Position numbers and translations under genes: made by a program. A stretch of DNA of 64,000 nt from a virus (lineage: Duplodnaviria; Caudoviricetes), in the IMG/VR virus record IMGVR_UViG_3300021963_000022, one strand, 5' to 3'. The notes under the pieces are model-generated. The model did not search any database and was not told the DNA's origin. It saw nothing but the letters and a program-made list of their open reading frames with translations. This document shows, piece by piece, positions 26,935-34,708 of the stretch. The first letter of the stretch is position 1; every line of letters begins with the position of its first letter.

Positions 26935-29679
26935 ATGAAAATATCAAAATTATTAGAAAATCCTACCCCGTCAAGCACTAGTGACCTTAATGGAGGCGGC
27001 TTCGGTGGTCAAGCTCCTCGTTTTGGTCGTGATCCTGAAATATTAGAAGATGAGCAAATTGATGAAACAACCGCTGGCTCAACAGGAACAGGATCTGTGG
27101 GTGGAGGAGTTGCTACAGATTTAGGTATGCAACGTAGAAGTAAAGGTAGCATATTTCAAGGTGTAAGAACAAGTAAGAAGTTTGTTAATTCTCCAGTAAC
27201 AGAAGATCCATTAAAAGATAAATCATTGGATGCACTAAGTCAAGCAAAAAATGTTATTGCTCAAAAGCGTATGGCTGATTTAGAGCAATGGGAAAAAGAA
27301 TTCAAACAAAGCATGGTTAATAAACTTAAACAAAAGCCATCATTTGAACCAGTTCCAGTAAGTCAGCCCGGTGAAAAGCATTCTGTATTAAAGTCTAGAA
27401 TGTCTAATTTAGATATGGCTATTCAAAAACATCAACAAGTTGAAGCATTGGCACAAAAACTTGATAAGGTAGGAAGACTATCACCCGCAATACAATCTGC
27501 AATAGATACACGTATGCATATTAAACTTGGTCCCAAAGATAACTATCAAACATTGAATAGAAAACTTGACAGTATAATAGAGATGTTAAATAAAAATCTA
27601 AACACTTACAAAATTGCACGTAAGAAACCAAAAAAAATGCGTGAAGATGGCATAACAGCAGGTATTAATAAGTATTATGACGATAGAGCTAGTGGAGCAC
27701 TTGATCCTAGAACTGGACAAAAACAACCATACTTGCAACAATGGGCATTAAAAGTTAACGGTAAAGTAGATGGTAGTAACATCTTTAGAAGTGAACAGGC
27801 TGCAATGCTAGCAAGGTCTGCTCTTTTAAGAAAAAATCCTAATGTGCAGATTGGACTTGTAACTAGAGGTGGATTAGCCGAAGCTGATATGAATCGTAGA
27901 GATTTTATAAAAGGTGTGGGTGCGGTAGCCGCAACTGGTGCTACCGATCAAGCACAACCAACTCAAAGACAAGATTTAGGAAATAGTTTTTCTACAGCAG
28001 TAGTAGAGATTGGTGGAGTACCATTTAATGTTGTACTAGATACAGTAAGTAAATCTATCTACATGTTGAATCAAAAAAGTGATGGCACTCCTCTTGTTAA
28101 TAAGCCAGGATCATTTATCGTAATAAGGAATGGTAAATTAGAACCTAGAATGGACCTTGCTCCAAATATTATGAACGCATTACAAAAAGCAGGCTTACTA
28201 GATAAACAACAAGGTGTAAGAGAAGGTGTTAGAGATTTAGGATATGACGCACAATCTTTAATAATGAAACTACGTAGAGATGTTGAAGAAAGAAGACTAC
28301 AACCAACTAGAGAAGCAGTGTTGTCTGCGGCAAGAGAACTAGCCGGTGATATGGACTTTGCTCCTGAACTATTAGTTCGTCAAGTGTTAGGTCAAAGTGT
28401 GACGGAAGAATTCAACGGCGAATACGATGACGAAGCAGGTATGGCTGACAACAATCTTGAAACATTGCGCCGTGCTGTAGATGGTATTGATAATGTTATT
28501 GACTCAGGTGACAACTTACCTGAATGGTGCCAAGAAAAGATTGCTGTAGCTAAATCAATGTTGGTTACCGTTTGGGATTACATGAAATCTGAAGAAGAAC
28601 GTAATGGTGGTGAAAAAATTGATGAAGGTTGGGTAAAAAATGCTATAGCAAGTGCAACATTAGCTGGTGCCGCTCTTGGTGCAGGCAATGCACAAGCCGC
28701 TGACTTAGGTGGATATAATACTCAATATCTACAGGGTGTAGTGTCTGGACAAGTAGCACGACCAATGATAAGTGTAGATGCCGCTAGACAAGAATTACAA
28801 GCACGTGCTAATGGTAAGACACAAACACAAGCTCCTGCTAATACAAATGTTGCACCTCAACAGGGAACTAATCAAACTCCAAATTTAAGTGCTTACGAAA
28901 CTCGATATCTACAAGGTGTAGTGTTGGGTAAAGTACCGAGACCAACGGTAAGTGTAGATGCCGCTAGACAAGAATTACAGTTACGTGCTAGTAGTACACA
29001 ATCAGATGTTAATACTATTTCATCTCGTTGGGGTTCTAATCAACCCAACAATGCAAACGTTATTACTTCACGTGGAGTACAACGTGAAGGTATGAATGAT
29101 AATCCTAAAGTAGATTTAAGTCCTAACTATCCTAACTATTCAAAATTAGTTGGTGAATTCATTGGAATGAAAAATAATAGAGCAAGATTTTTAATTATAG
29201 ATGCTGAACTTAAACCAGGTGTACGTGAGACTGAAAAAATCTTTAGGGCTAGGACAACTAACACTCCAATCAGTATTGAAATAAGTAAAGTACGTAATCG
29301 TAACGTAGTAGAGGGTGAGTTAAGCGAAGAAAGTTTGTTAGCAAAAGAACTAGCTAATCAATTTAAATTGTTTAATAAAGCAAATGACCGTGACTTAAGT
29401 GGTAAGCCAGAAGATAGAGAAATAATAGCAAAAGAAGCGGCTCATGTACCTGGAATGGTAGATCGTATTGAAAATCAAATTACAACAAAGATAGCTAAAG
29501 AGCACCCTGAAATTATACAACAATATGGTAAACAGATTGTACAAGATGCTATTTCAAGCATTGCAGTATATCATAGACACATGAGAGAAGTAACTCCAGC
29601 TAATATAGATGATATGGTTAATGAAATCATACAACAGTTGGATAGACATTTACATATGAGAGAAGATGAAAATAGTTGA
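26935..29679 (+). CDS. Large mosaic protein (914 aa), candidate processed internal-head polyprotein
   Basis: No single recognisable fold; about 12 hydrophobic-x-E|(G/A/D/E/N/T) junctions; internal duplication. Confidence 0.7.
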   Translation: MKISKLLENPTPSSTSDLNGGGFGGQAPRFGRDPEILEDEQIDETTAGSTGTGSVGGGVATDLGMQRRSKGSIFQGVRTSKKFVNSPVTEDPLKDKSLDALSQAKNVIAQKRMADLEQWEKEFKQSMVNKLKQKPSFEPVPVSQPGEKHSVLKSRMSNLDMAIQKHQQVEALAQKLDKVGRLSPAIQSAIDTRMHIKLGPKDNYQTLNRKLDSIIEMLNKNLNTYKIARKKPKKMREDGITAGINKYYDDRASGALDPRTGQKQPYLQQWALKVNGKVDGSNIFRSEQAAMLARSALLRKNPNVQIGLVTRGGLAEADMNRRDFIKGVGAVAATGATDQAQPTQRQDLGNSFSTAVVEIGGVPFNVVLDTVSKSIYMLNQKSDGTPLVNKPGSFIVIRNGKLEPRMDLAPNIMNALQKAGLLDKQQGVREGVRDLGYDAQSLIMKLRRDVEERRLQPTREAVLSAARELAGDMDFAPELLVRQVLGQSVTEEFNGEYDDEAGMADNNLETLRRAVDGIDNVIDSGDNLPEWCQEKIAVAKSMLVTVWDYMKSEEERNGGEKIDEGWVKNAIASATLAGAALGAGNAQAADLGGYNTQYLQGVVSGQVARPMISVDAARQELQARANGKTQTQAPANTNVAPQQGTNQTPNLSAYETRYLQGVVLGKVPRPTVSVDAARQELQLRASSTQSDVNTISSRWGSNQPNNANVITSRGVQREGMNDNPKVDLSPNYPNYSKLVGEFIGMKNNRARFLIIDAELKPGVRETEKIFRARTTNTPISIEISKVRNRNVVEGELSEESLLAKELANQFKLFNKANDRDLSGKPEDREIIAKEAAHVPGMVDRIENQITTKIAKEHPEIIQQYGKQIVQDAISSIAVYHRHMREVTPANIDDMVNEIIQQLDRHLHMREDENS
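28769..28979 (+). repeat. 31-bp exact direct repeat, 180 bp apart, within a duplicated peptide
   Basis: TAAGTGTAGATGCCGCTAGACAAGAATTACA at 28769-28799 and 28949-28979 (SVDAARQELQ). Confidence 0.9.
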
Positions 29680-29707
29680 GTTTTATTTAAATAAAAAAGG
29701 ATATAAT

Positions 29708-29791
29708 ATGGCAATAGTAATTCCAGGTAAAGTGTTAACCCCTAACCCAGACAACACACCGAAAACGACACCTCCACCTGAGGGTCAATAA
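29708..29791 (+). CDS. Small Pro-rich ORF (27 aa, not in track)
   Basis: MAIVIPGKVLTPNPDNTPKTTPPPEGQ; AAAGGA SD; ends 1 nt before the next ATG. Confidence 0.5.
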   Translation: MAIVIPGKVLTPNPDNTPKTTPPPEGQ

Positions 29792-29792
29792 C

Positions 29793-30236
29793 ATGTTAGC
29801 AGATTCATTAAAAATTGCACTGGCTAGTAGCTATGTGTTTCAAATCAAAGTTCAAAACTTTCACTGGAATGTTGAAGGCCCAGACTTTCCACAATATCAC
29901 GAATTTTTAGATAACTTATATAGCGAAATCAACGATAATGCTATTGACCAAACAGCGGAACTGATTCGTCAATTGGATCAGTATGCACCGGGTAGTATCA
30001 CACGCTTTGTTGAGTTAAGTGTTATTCAGGATCAAGTAAAAATTCCACGTGCTGAATTGATGATTGCTGAGTTATATGAAGATAGTGCAAAATTGTTACA
30101 GTTATGGAAAGAAATGTTCCCTATAGCTGAACAAGAAAACGAACAAGGTATAGCAGACTTCATTGCTAGTCGTATTGATGCACACGGAAAACACAATTGG
30201 ATGCTACGTAGCATATTAAAGAAACAACGTGCTTAA
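29793..30236 (+). CDS. dps: Dps/ferritin-like protein
   Basis: NFHWNVEGPDFPQYHEFL...DQTAELIRQL...HGKHNWMLRS. Confidence 0.88.
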   Translation: MLADSLKIALASSYVFQIKVQNFHWNVEGPDFPQYHEFLDNLYSEINDNAIDQTAELIRQLDQYAPGSITRFVELSVIQDQVKIPRAELMIAELYEDSAKLLQLWKEMFPIAEQENEQGIADFIASRIDAHGKHNWMLRSILKKQRA

Positions 30237-30250
30237 CGGAATAAAATGAA

Positions 30251-30258
30251 TATAAATA
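30251..30258 (+). promoter_or_regulatory. T4 late consensus promoter TATAAATA
   Basis: Exact T4 consensus, followed by AAGGA SD and ATG 30278. Confidence 0.6.
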
Positions 30259-30277
30259 AGATAAAGGATTAATATAA

Positions 30278-31189
30278 ATGTCAATAACAATAACAGGTGG
30301 AATAACAATATCCGGCGGAGGATGGACTCTAGAGGCACCACCAGCTGGTAGTAAGGCTATATTTGGATATGGATACAGTACTGATTATACTGCAATAACC
30401 AATTTAGTTTCGAACACGGGTGTAGTAGCTACTGACACTACTGGCGTTGGTACTGCTAGAATGTATCTAGCAGCCGCTGGATATGGTACTGATAAAGCTA
30501 TATTTGGATACGGCATGACTGCTGGTAATCTATCCATGACCAACCTAGTATCAAATACAGGTGTTGTTGGTAATGATGTTACAGGAGTAGGTACTGCTAG
30601 ACGAGCTCCTGCAGCCGCAGGCTATGGTACAGATAAAGCTATATTTGGATATGGACTCGTGGCGCAGGCGGTATCCATGACTAATTTAGTATCAAATACA
30701 GGTGTAGTTGGTAATGATGTAACTGGTGTAGGTACTGCTAGGCGAATTTTGGCGGCTGCTGGATATGGTACTGATAAAGCTATATTTGGATACGGAGAAG
30801 GAACATCAGTCACTAACAAAGTATCAAATACAGGTGTTGTTGCTACTGACACTACAGGTGTTGGTACTGCAAGGTACGGATTAGCAGCCGCAAGTTATGG
30901 TGGAGATAAAGCTATATTTGGATATGGATACAGTACTGATTATACTGCAATAACCAATTTAGTTTCGAACACAGGTGTTGTAGCCACTGATACTACCGGT
31001 GTCGGTACTGCTAGAGGATATCTTGCGGCCGCTGGATATGGTACTGCTAAAGCTATATTTGGTTATGGAACATATTACGGTAATCTATCAATTACCAATC
31101 TAGTAAGTAATACAGGTGTAGTTGCTACTGACACTACTGGTGTAGGTACTGCTAGACAAGGCCTTGCGGCTGCAGGTTACGGAAATTAA
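30278..31189 (+). CDS. Six-repeat beta-propeller-like (Kelch-like) protein
   Basis: Six 44-47-aa repeats KAIFGYG-x-TNLVSNTGVVATDTTGVGTAR-xxx-AAAGYG. Confidence 0.8.
   Translation: MSITITGGITISGGGWTLEAPPAGSKAIFGYGYSTDYTAITNLVSNTGVVATDTTGVGTARMYLAAAGYGTDKAIFGYGMTAGNLSMTNLVSNTGVVGNDVTGVGTARRAPAAAGYGTDKAIFGYGLVAQAVSMTNLVSNTGVVGNDVTGVGTARRILAAAGYGTDKAIFGYGEGTSVTNKVSNTGVVATDTTGVGTARYGLAAASYGGDKAIFGYGYSTDYTAITNLVSNTGVVATDTTGVGTARGYLAAAGYGTAKAIFGYGTYYGNLSITNLVSNTGVVATDTTGVGTARQGLAAAGYGN
30353..31186 (+). repeat. Coding tandem repeat, ~141-bp unit x6
   Basis: Units 1 and 5 share an exact 62-nt stretch (30356-30417 = 30911-30972). Confidence 0.92.
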
Positions 31190-31222
31190 AAGAGTTGAAT
31201 ACATTTATAAAGGAAAAATAAA

Positions 31223-31438
31223 ATGATAGATTTAGAAAACATGCCTGCTCCAACAGCAGAAGAAATTGCTCAAGCAAGAGAAAACGCATTTAATGCTGAA
31301 CGTCCAGCATCATGGGTTTGGAACGAAGAACTAGTATCATATGTTGCACCCGTAGCTATTCCAACCGATGGTTATCCATACTTGTGGGATGAAGCTACAA
31401 CTAATTGGGTACCATTCCCAGATTTTCCTAGAGGTTAA
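31223..31438 (+). CDS. Small Trp/Pro-rich protein, fibre-accessory-like
   Basis: PASWVWNEE...YLWDEATTNWVP; AAGGA SD. Confidence 0.6.
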   Translation: MIDLENMPAPTAEEIAQARENAFNAERPASWVWNEELVSYVAPVAIPTDGYPYLWDEATTNWVPFPDFPRG

Positions 31439-31503
31439 ATAAAAAATTTAGATACACAAAAAAGCTATTAAATATCTCTATAAACAACTTATAGAGAGAA
31501 AAA

Positions 31504-32199
31504 ATGGCTTCAAATCTAAATTCAGAATTTAACTACCGATATCAAGTTATTGGTTCAACCCCATGGGAAAAAATTAAAACACTTCAAGGCTTCTATGTTG
31601 GTCGCAAACGTGCCGCAGTATTAGAAGAATGTGCCGAACTTAAATATCAGGCTAAACTTGAAGAACTGAAACATCTAAAAACAGTTCCAGCATTACCCCA
31701 CATTCTGCTTAATCTACAAGCAGAAATACTTGAATTAGAATCACACTTGGATGATCAAAAACATGCTTTTGAACTTAATCGTAAAGAGATTAAGATATTA
31801 GAAAAACTTCTTGCTGAACTGTATACAGAAGTAGAACCAACTAGACTGTCGCACGAAGATGGTACACCATACACTGATGATGAGATGTTTGAAGCTAATG
31901 CTAACTATGAATTTACAGTCACAGTTGGTCGTGAGATACAATCTGAAATCATTGCTTTGGGAAGACCTAGTCCAGCTAAATTGTTAAATGCTATGAGTAA
32001 TCCGCAAACATTAAATGCATTGATGCAAATTGGACTTGTTCCACAAAATACAGTTCTATTAGAACAAAAAGATATTATGTTGGAATTAACTAATAACACA
32101 TTTACAAATAAAGATGCAGATAGTAATTCTGATGATTATTCAATATATACAGAAGAGGGTGAATCTGACAGCCCTAATAATCAGATTCCCTTGCAATAA
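31504..32199 (+). CDS. Hypothetical coiled-coil protein
   Basis: 231-aa ORF. Confidence 0.7.
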   Translation: MASNLNSEFNYRYQVIGSTPWEKIKTLQGFYVGRKRAAVLEECAELKYQAKLEELKHLKTVPALPHILLNLQAEILELESHLDDQKHAFELNRKEIKILEKLLAELYTEVEPTRLSHEDGTPYTDDEMFEANANYEFTVTVGREIQSEIIALGRPSPAKLLNAMSNPQTLNALMQIGLVPQNTVLLEQKDIMLELTNNTFTNKDADSNSDDYSIYTEEGESDSPNNQIPLQ

Positions 32200-32203
32200 A
32201 ATA

Positions 32204-32292
32204 CACACCTTAGGACCGGTATTAAGTTACCGTAGTGTGGGCCGGCTGCTGGCCTGATTTACGAATTCGCTACTCGAAAATCTAAAGTGAGC
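32204..32292 (+). ncRNA. Candidate structured non-coding RNA (three stems plus possible pseudoknot)
   Basis: CACAC/GTGTG enclosing CGGTA/TACCG; GGCCGG/CTGGCC; GATTT.CGA/TCG.AAATC; loop TTCGCT complementary to downstream AGTGAG; GC-rich island in an AT-rich intergenic gap. Confidence 0.5.
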
Positions 32293-32305
32293 TTTTACCA
32301 TTTCT

Positions 32306-32313
32306 GATAAATA
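32306..32313 (+). promoter_or_regulatory. T4-late-like promoter GATAAATA
   Basis: 7 nt before ATG 32321, no SD. Confidence 0.55.
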
Positions 32314-32320
32314 TATATAT

Positions 32321-33094
32321 ATGAGAGCATCAGAACTAGAAGAATCCGCCGCCGATGAGTTGAAACGTAAACTCCCAAGTCTTAACAAGACTGATTACTC
32401 AACCATCGACCACTTAATGAAACGTATCAGTAAGCGTTTTAACATTAGTGGTAAAAAACTACATGACTTGTTCGTTAGCAAGTACGGTGAAACACCTGAT
32501 CATTGGATTAAAAAATACAAAGATAAGTTAGATGAGGCACAACTTGCAGGAAATCCTATATATGTAATATATGTTGACGGTAAACCAGCAACAAAATATG
32601 TTGATTCTAATGAAGCAAAACAAGACCTTCAATTACTAAAAAACAAGTTTCCTAATAAAACTTTTGTAATAAAACAACAAAATGATACGACTCCAGGTGG
32701 TACTAATCTTATAGGTGAAGGTGTTGAATCGTCTGACGATGAACAAAAGATTAAAGATTTTATTGAATGGTCTTATAAAAAAGTAAACTTACAAAAGCCT
32801 TATCCCAAGTTTACATTCAGTAGAAATACAGAAGAAGCACAAGAAGGTCATCACACCGGTCGTCATACGCACGACGGTGAAAACAGTCAAATATGGGTGT
32901 ATATTGAGAATCGAAATCTAGTAGATATATTCAGAACTATATTCCATGAGATTGTACATGAAAGACAAATGCAACTTAATATGATTGGTCCTGATGATAG
33001 TTATCCAGGAAGTCCCGTTGAAGCAATGGCTGACATGATGGCTGGCAAATATATCAAAATCTACGGTAAAGAGCATCCTGAGATATTCCAATGA
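32321..33094 (+). CDS. Mosaic protein with C-terminal HExxH (zincin-like) module
   Basis: Leader MRASELEE|S; junctions KLDE|A and LIGE|G; TIFHEIVHERQ. Confidence 0.65.
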   Translation: MRASELEESAADELKRKLPSLNKTDYSTIDHLMKRISKRFNISGKKLHDLFVSKYGETPDHWIKKYKDKLDEAQLAGNPIYVIYVDGKPATKYVDSNEAKQDLQLLKNKFPNKTFVIKQQNDTTPGGTNLIGEGVESSDDEQKIKDFIEWSYKKVNLQKPYPKFTFSRNTEEAQEGHHTGRHTHDGENSQIWVYIENRNLVDIFRTIFHEIVHERQMQLNMIGPDDSYPGSPVEAMADMMAGKYIKIYGKEHPEIFQ

Positions 33095-34365
33095 GAGCTA
33101 GAGAGTTTTTAATAGAATATAACAGAAACACCATGGTAAAAATGATGGGTAAGCAATTACTCAAATCATTTGCTCAGGGTAATGATATTAGATTAGCAAA
33201 TCAACCTCAATTCAGAACACCCGAGAATACATATGATACTAATAAAATGGTTGACTTTGTATTAGCAACATTAGAACAAGCTGACCCTACAACAAACAAA
33301 ATATATACTCCATGGTTAGCACGTGAGTATGTTAAAACTAATATAAAAAGATTAGAAGATGCATCAGCACACGCAACTCCTGCACTATCATTATACGATA
33401 CTTATAAAAGAAGCGGTGCGTTCCCTAGTGAATACAAAGATATCATGCGTATCACGTATAATCAATTGCTTACTTTTATCAGATCATATGATGCACCACC
33501 TACAGAGTTAAAAGATAAGGGTCGATCAACACAAGTTTATAGTGATAGTGAAGTACGTGTTATTGTACCAGAAGATCAAACTGCCGCATGTTATTATGGT
33601 CAAGGAACTCGTTGGTGTACAGCGGCTACTAGGGGTACTAACTATTTCAATCAATACTCACGTCAGGGTAAATTGTATATATTGCTTCCAACTAATCCAA
33701 GAGATGAAGGTGAAAAGTATCAATTACATTTTGAATCAGATCAGTTTATGGATAAAGAAGATGACCCAGTAGATATTGGTTGGTTATTAAGAACTCGTTT
33801 CCCTAGTCTACTTCCATTCTTTTTAAAAAATGAACCTGAATTAAAAACGTTTGTTGTTTTTAGTGACAATGCTATATTAGAAAAGGTCGGTAAACAGATA
33901 CATGACTTTGCTATGGACCGTGTAAATGAAATTATGATGGATTGGGAAACTGATGATGAAAGTTTTCGTGATTGGCAAACAGAACAAGCAATTAACAAAG
34001 GTTATGTTGATGCAGAAGGTAATATAGATTGGGATTTAGTACATGACGATGATTCCATTAACAACTATAGTGATTACAACTATGAAGTTAAAGACTTCTA
34101 CAAACAAATGGATAGAGCATTAAGCGTCAGTCCTGCTGAAATGCGTGATATGGCAGCAGGTGTAGAACAATACCTGGATAATGGTCCACTTAAAATTACT
34201 GAGTTAGATAGTATATACGAAACTGAGCTTGAAGAAACTTTTGGAAAAACAAGGGGCGGTGGTAGTAATGACTATGGTATAGGTGATTGGATAATGGAAC
34301 ACCTACAAGTTCAAAAAGATGGAACGGTCAAATTCTGGCCTGGATCTAAACATACACAAAGTTAA
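33091..34365 (+). CDS. Hypothetical protein with capsid-targeting-like leader
   Basis: MRAREFLIE|Y; central CYYGQGTRWCTAA motif. Confidence 0.65.
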   Translation: MRAREFLIEYNRNTMVKMMGKQLLKSFAQGNDIRLANQPQFRTPENTYDTNKMVDFVLATLEQADPTTNKIYTPWLAREYVKTNIKRLEDASAHATPALSLYDTYKRSGAFPSEYKDIMRITYNQLLTFIRSYDAPPTELKDKGRSTQVYSDSEVRVIVPEDQTAACYYGQGTRWCTAATRGTNYFNQYSRQGKLYILLPTNPRDEGEKYQLHFESDQFMDKEDDPVDIGWLLRTRFPSLLPFFLKNEPELKTFVVFSDNAILEKVGKQIHDFAMDRVNEIMMDWETDDESFRDWQTEQAINKGYVDAEGNIDWDLVHDDDSINNYSDYNYEVKDFYKQMDRALSVSPAEMRDMAAGVEQYLDNGPLKITELDSIYETELEETFGKTRGGGSNDYGIGDWIMEHLQVQKDGTVKFWPGSKHTQS

Positions 34366-34390
34366 TCGGGTAATATTCCTTGCAAAATAG

Positions 34391-34419
34391 TTGACTTTCT
34401 TGCACTGTGCATGTATACT
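34391..34419 (+). promoter_or_regulatory. sigma70-type promoter (TTGACT-17-TATACT)
   Basis: Upstream of the 34442 gene and polB; the spacer contains the palindrome TGCACTGTGCA. Confidence 0.75.
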
Positions 34420-34441
34420 AACTACTTCACAAGGAGAAACT

Positions 34442-34708
34442 ATGTCAGATTACAACAGAACCTTTAATGGTGAAGCTAAAATCAAACTAACACAATTGGT
34501 CAATGAAGGCATGAGTGTATTGCATGAAATTGACACATTGAATGGTGGATTGAACGACACTATTAAGGCAGTCGCAGAAGAACTTGAAATCAAAGCTTCT
34601 ACACTAAAAAAAGCAATTAAGATTGCACATAAAGCATCATTAGGTCAAACAAACAAAGACCATGATGAACTCAACACTATCTTGGAAACTGTCGGCAAAA
34701 CTCTATGA
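34442..34708 (+). CDS. Small DNA-binding protein (T4 DsbA / GapR-like)
   Basis: Helical IKAVAEELEIKASTLKKAIKIAHK pattern; AGGAG SD before ATG 34442. Confidence 0.55.
   Translation: MSDYNRTFNGEAKIKLTQLVNEGMSVLHEIDTLNGGLNDTIKAVAEELEIKASTLKKAIKIAHKASLGQTNKDHDELNTILETVGKTL

Noticed and set aside
29681-29696. 16-bp perfect palindrome TTTTATTTAAATAAAA
   Set aside because: Entirely A/T in an AT-rich genome; explained by the late-promoter-like motif and chance.
30356-30972. 62-nt exact repeat as a DGR template/variable repeat pair or CRISPR repeat
   Set aside because: Both copies are in-frame parts of a coding 141-bp tandem repeat. There are no adenine-specific mismatches, no reverse transcriptase or cas genes, and no unique spacers.
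32240-32292. HDV-like/theta ribozyme (starts GGCCGGC like HDV) or tRNA
   Set aside because: I could not build the nested double pseudoknot (P1.1/P3/J4-2 C) or a cloverleaf with T-loop and CCA; kept only as an unclassified RNA candidate.
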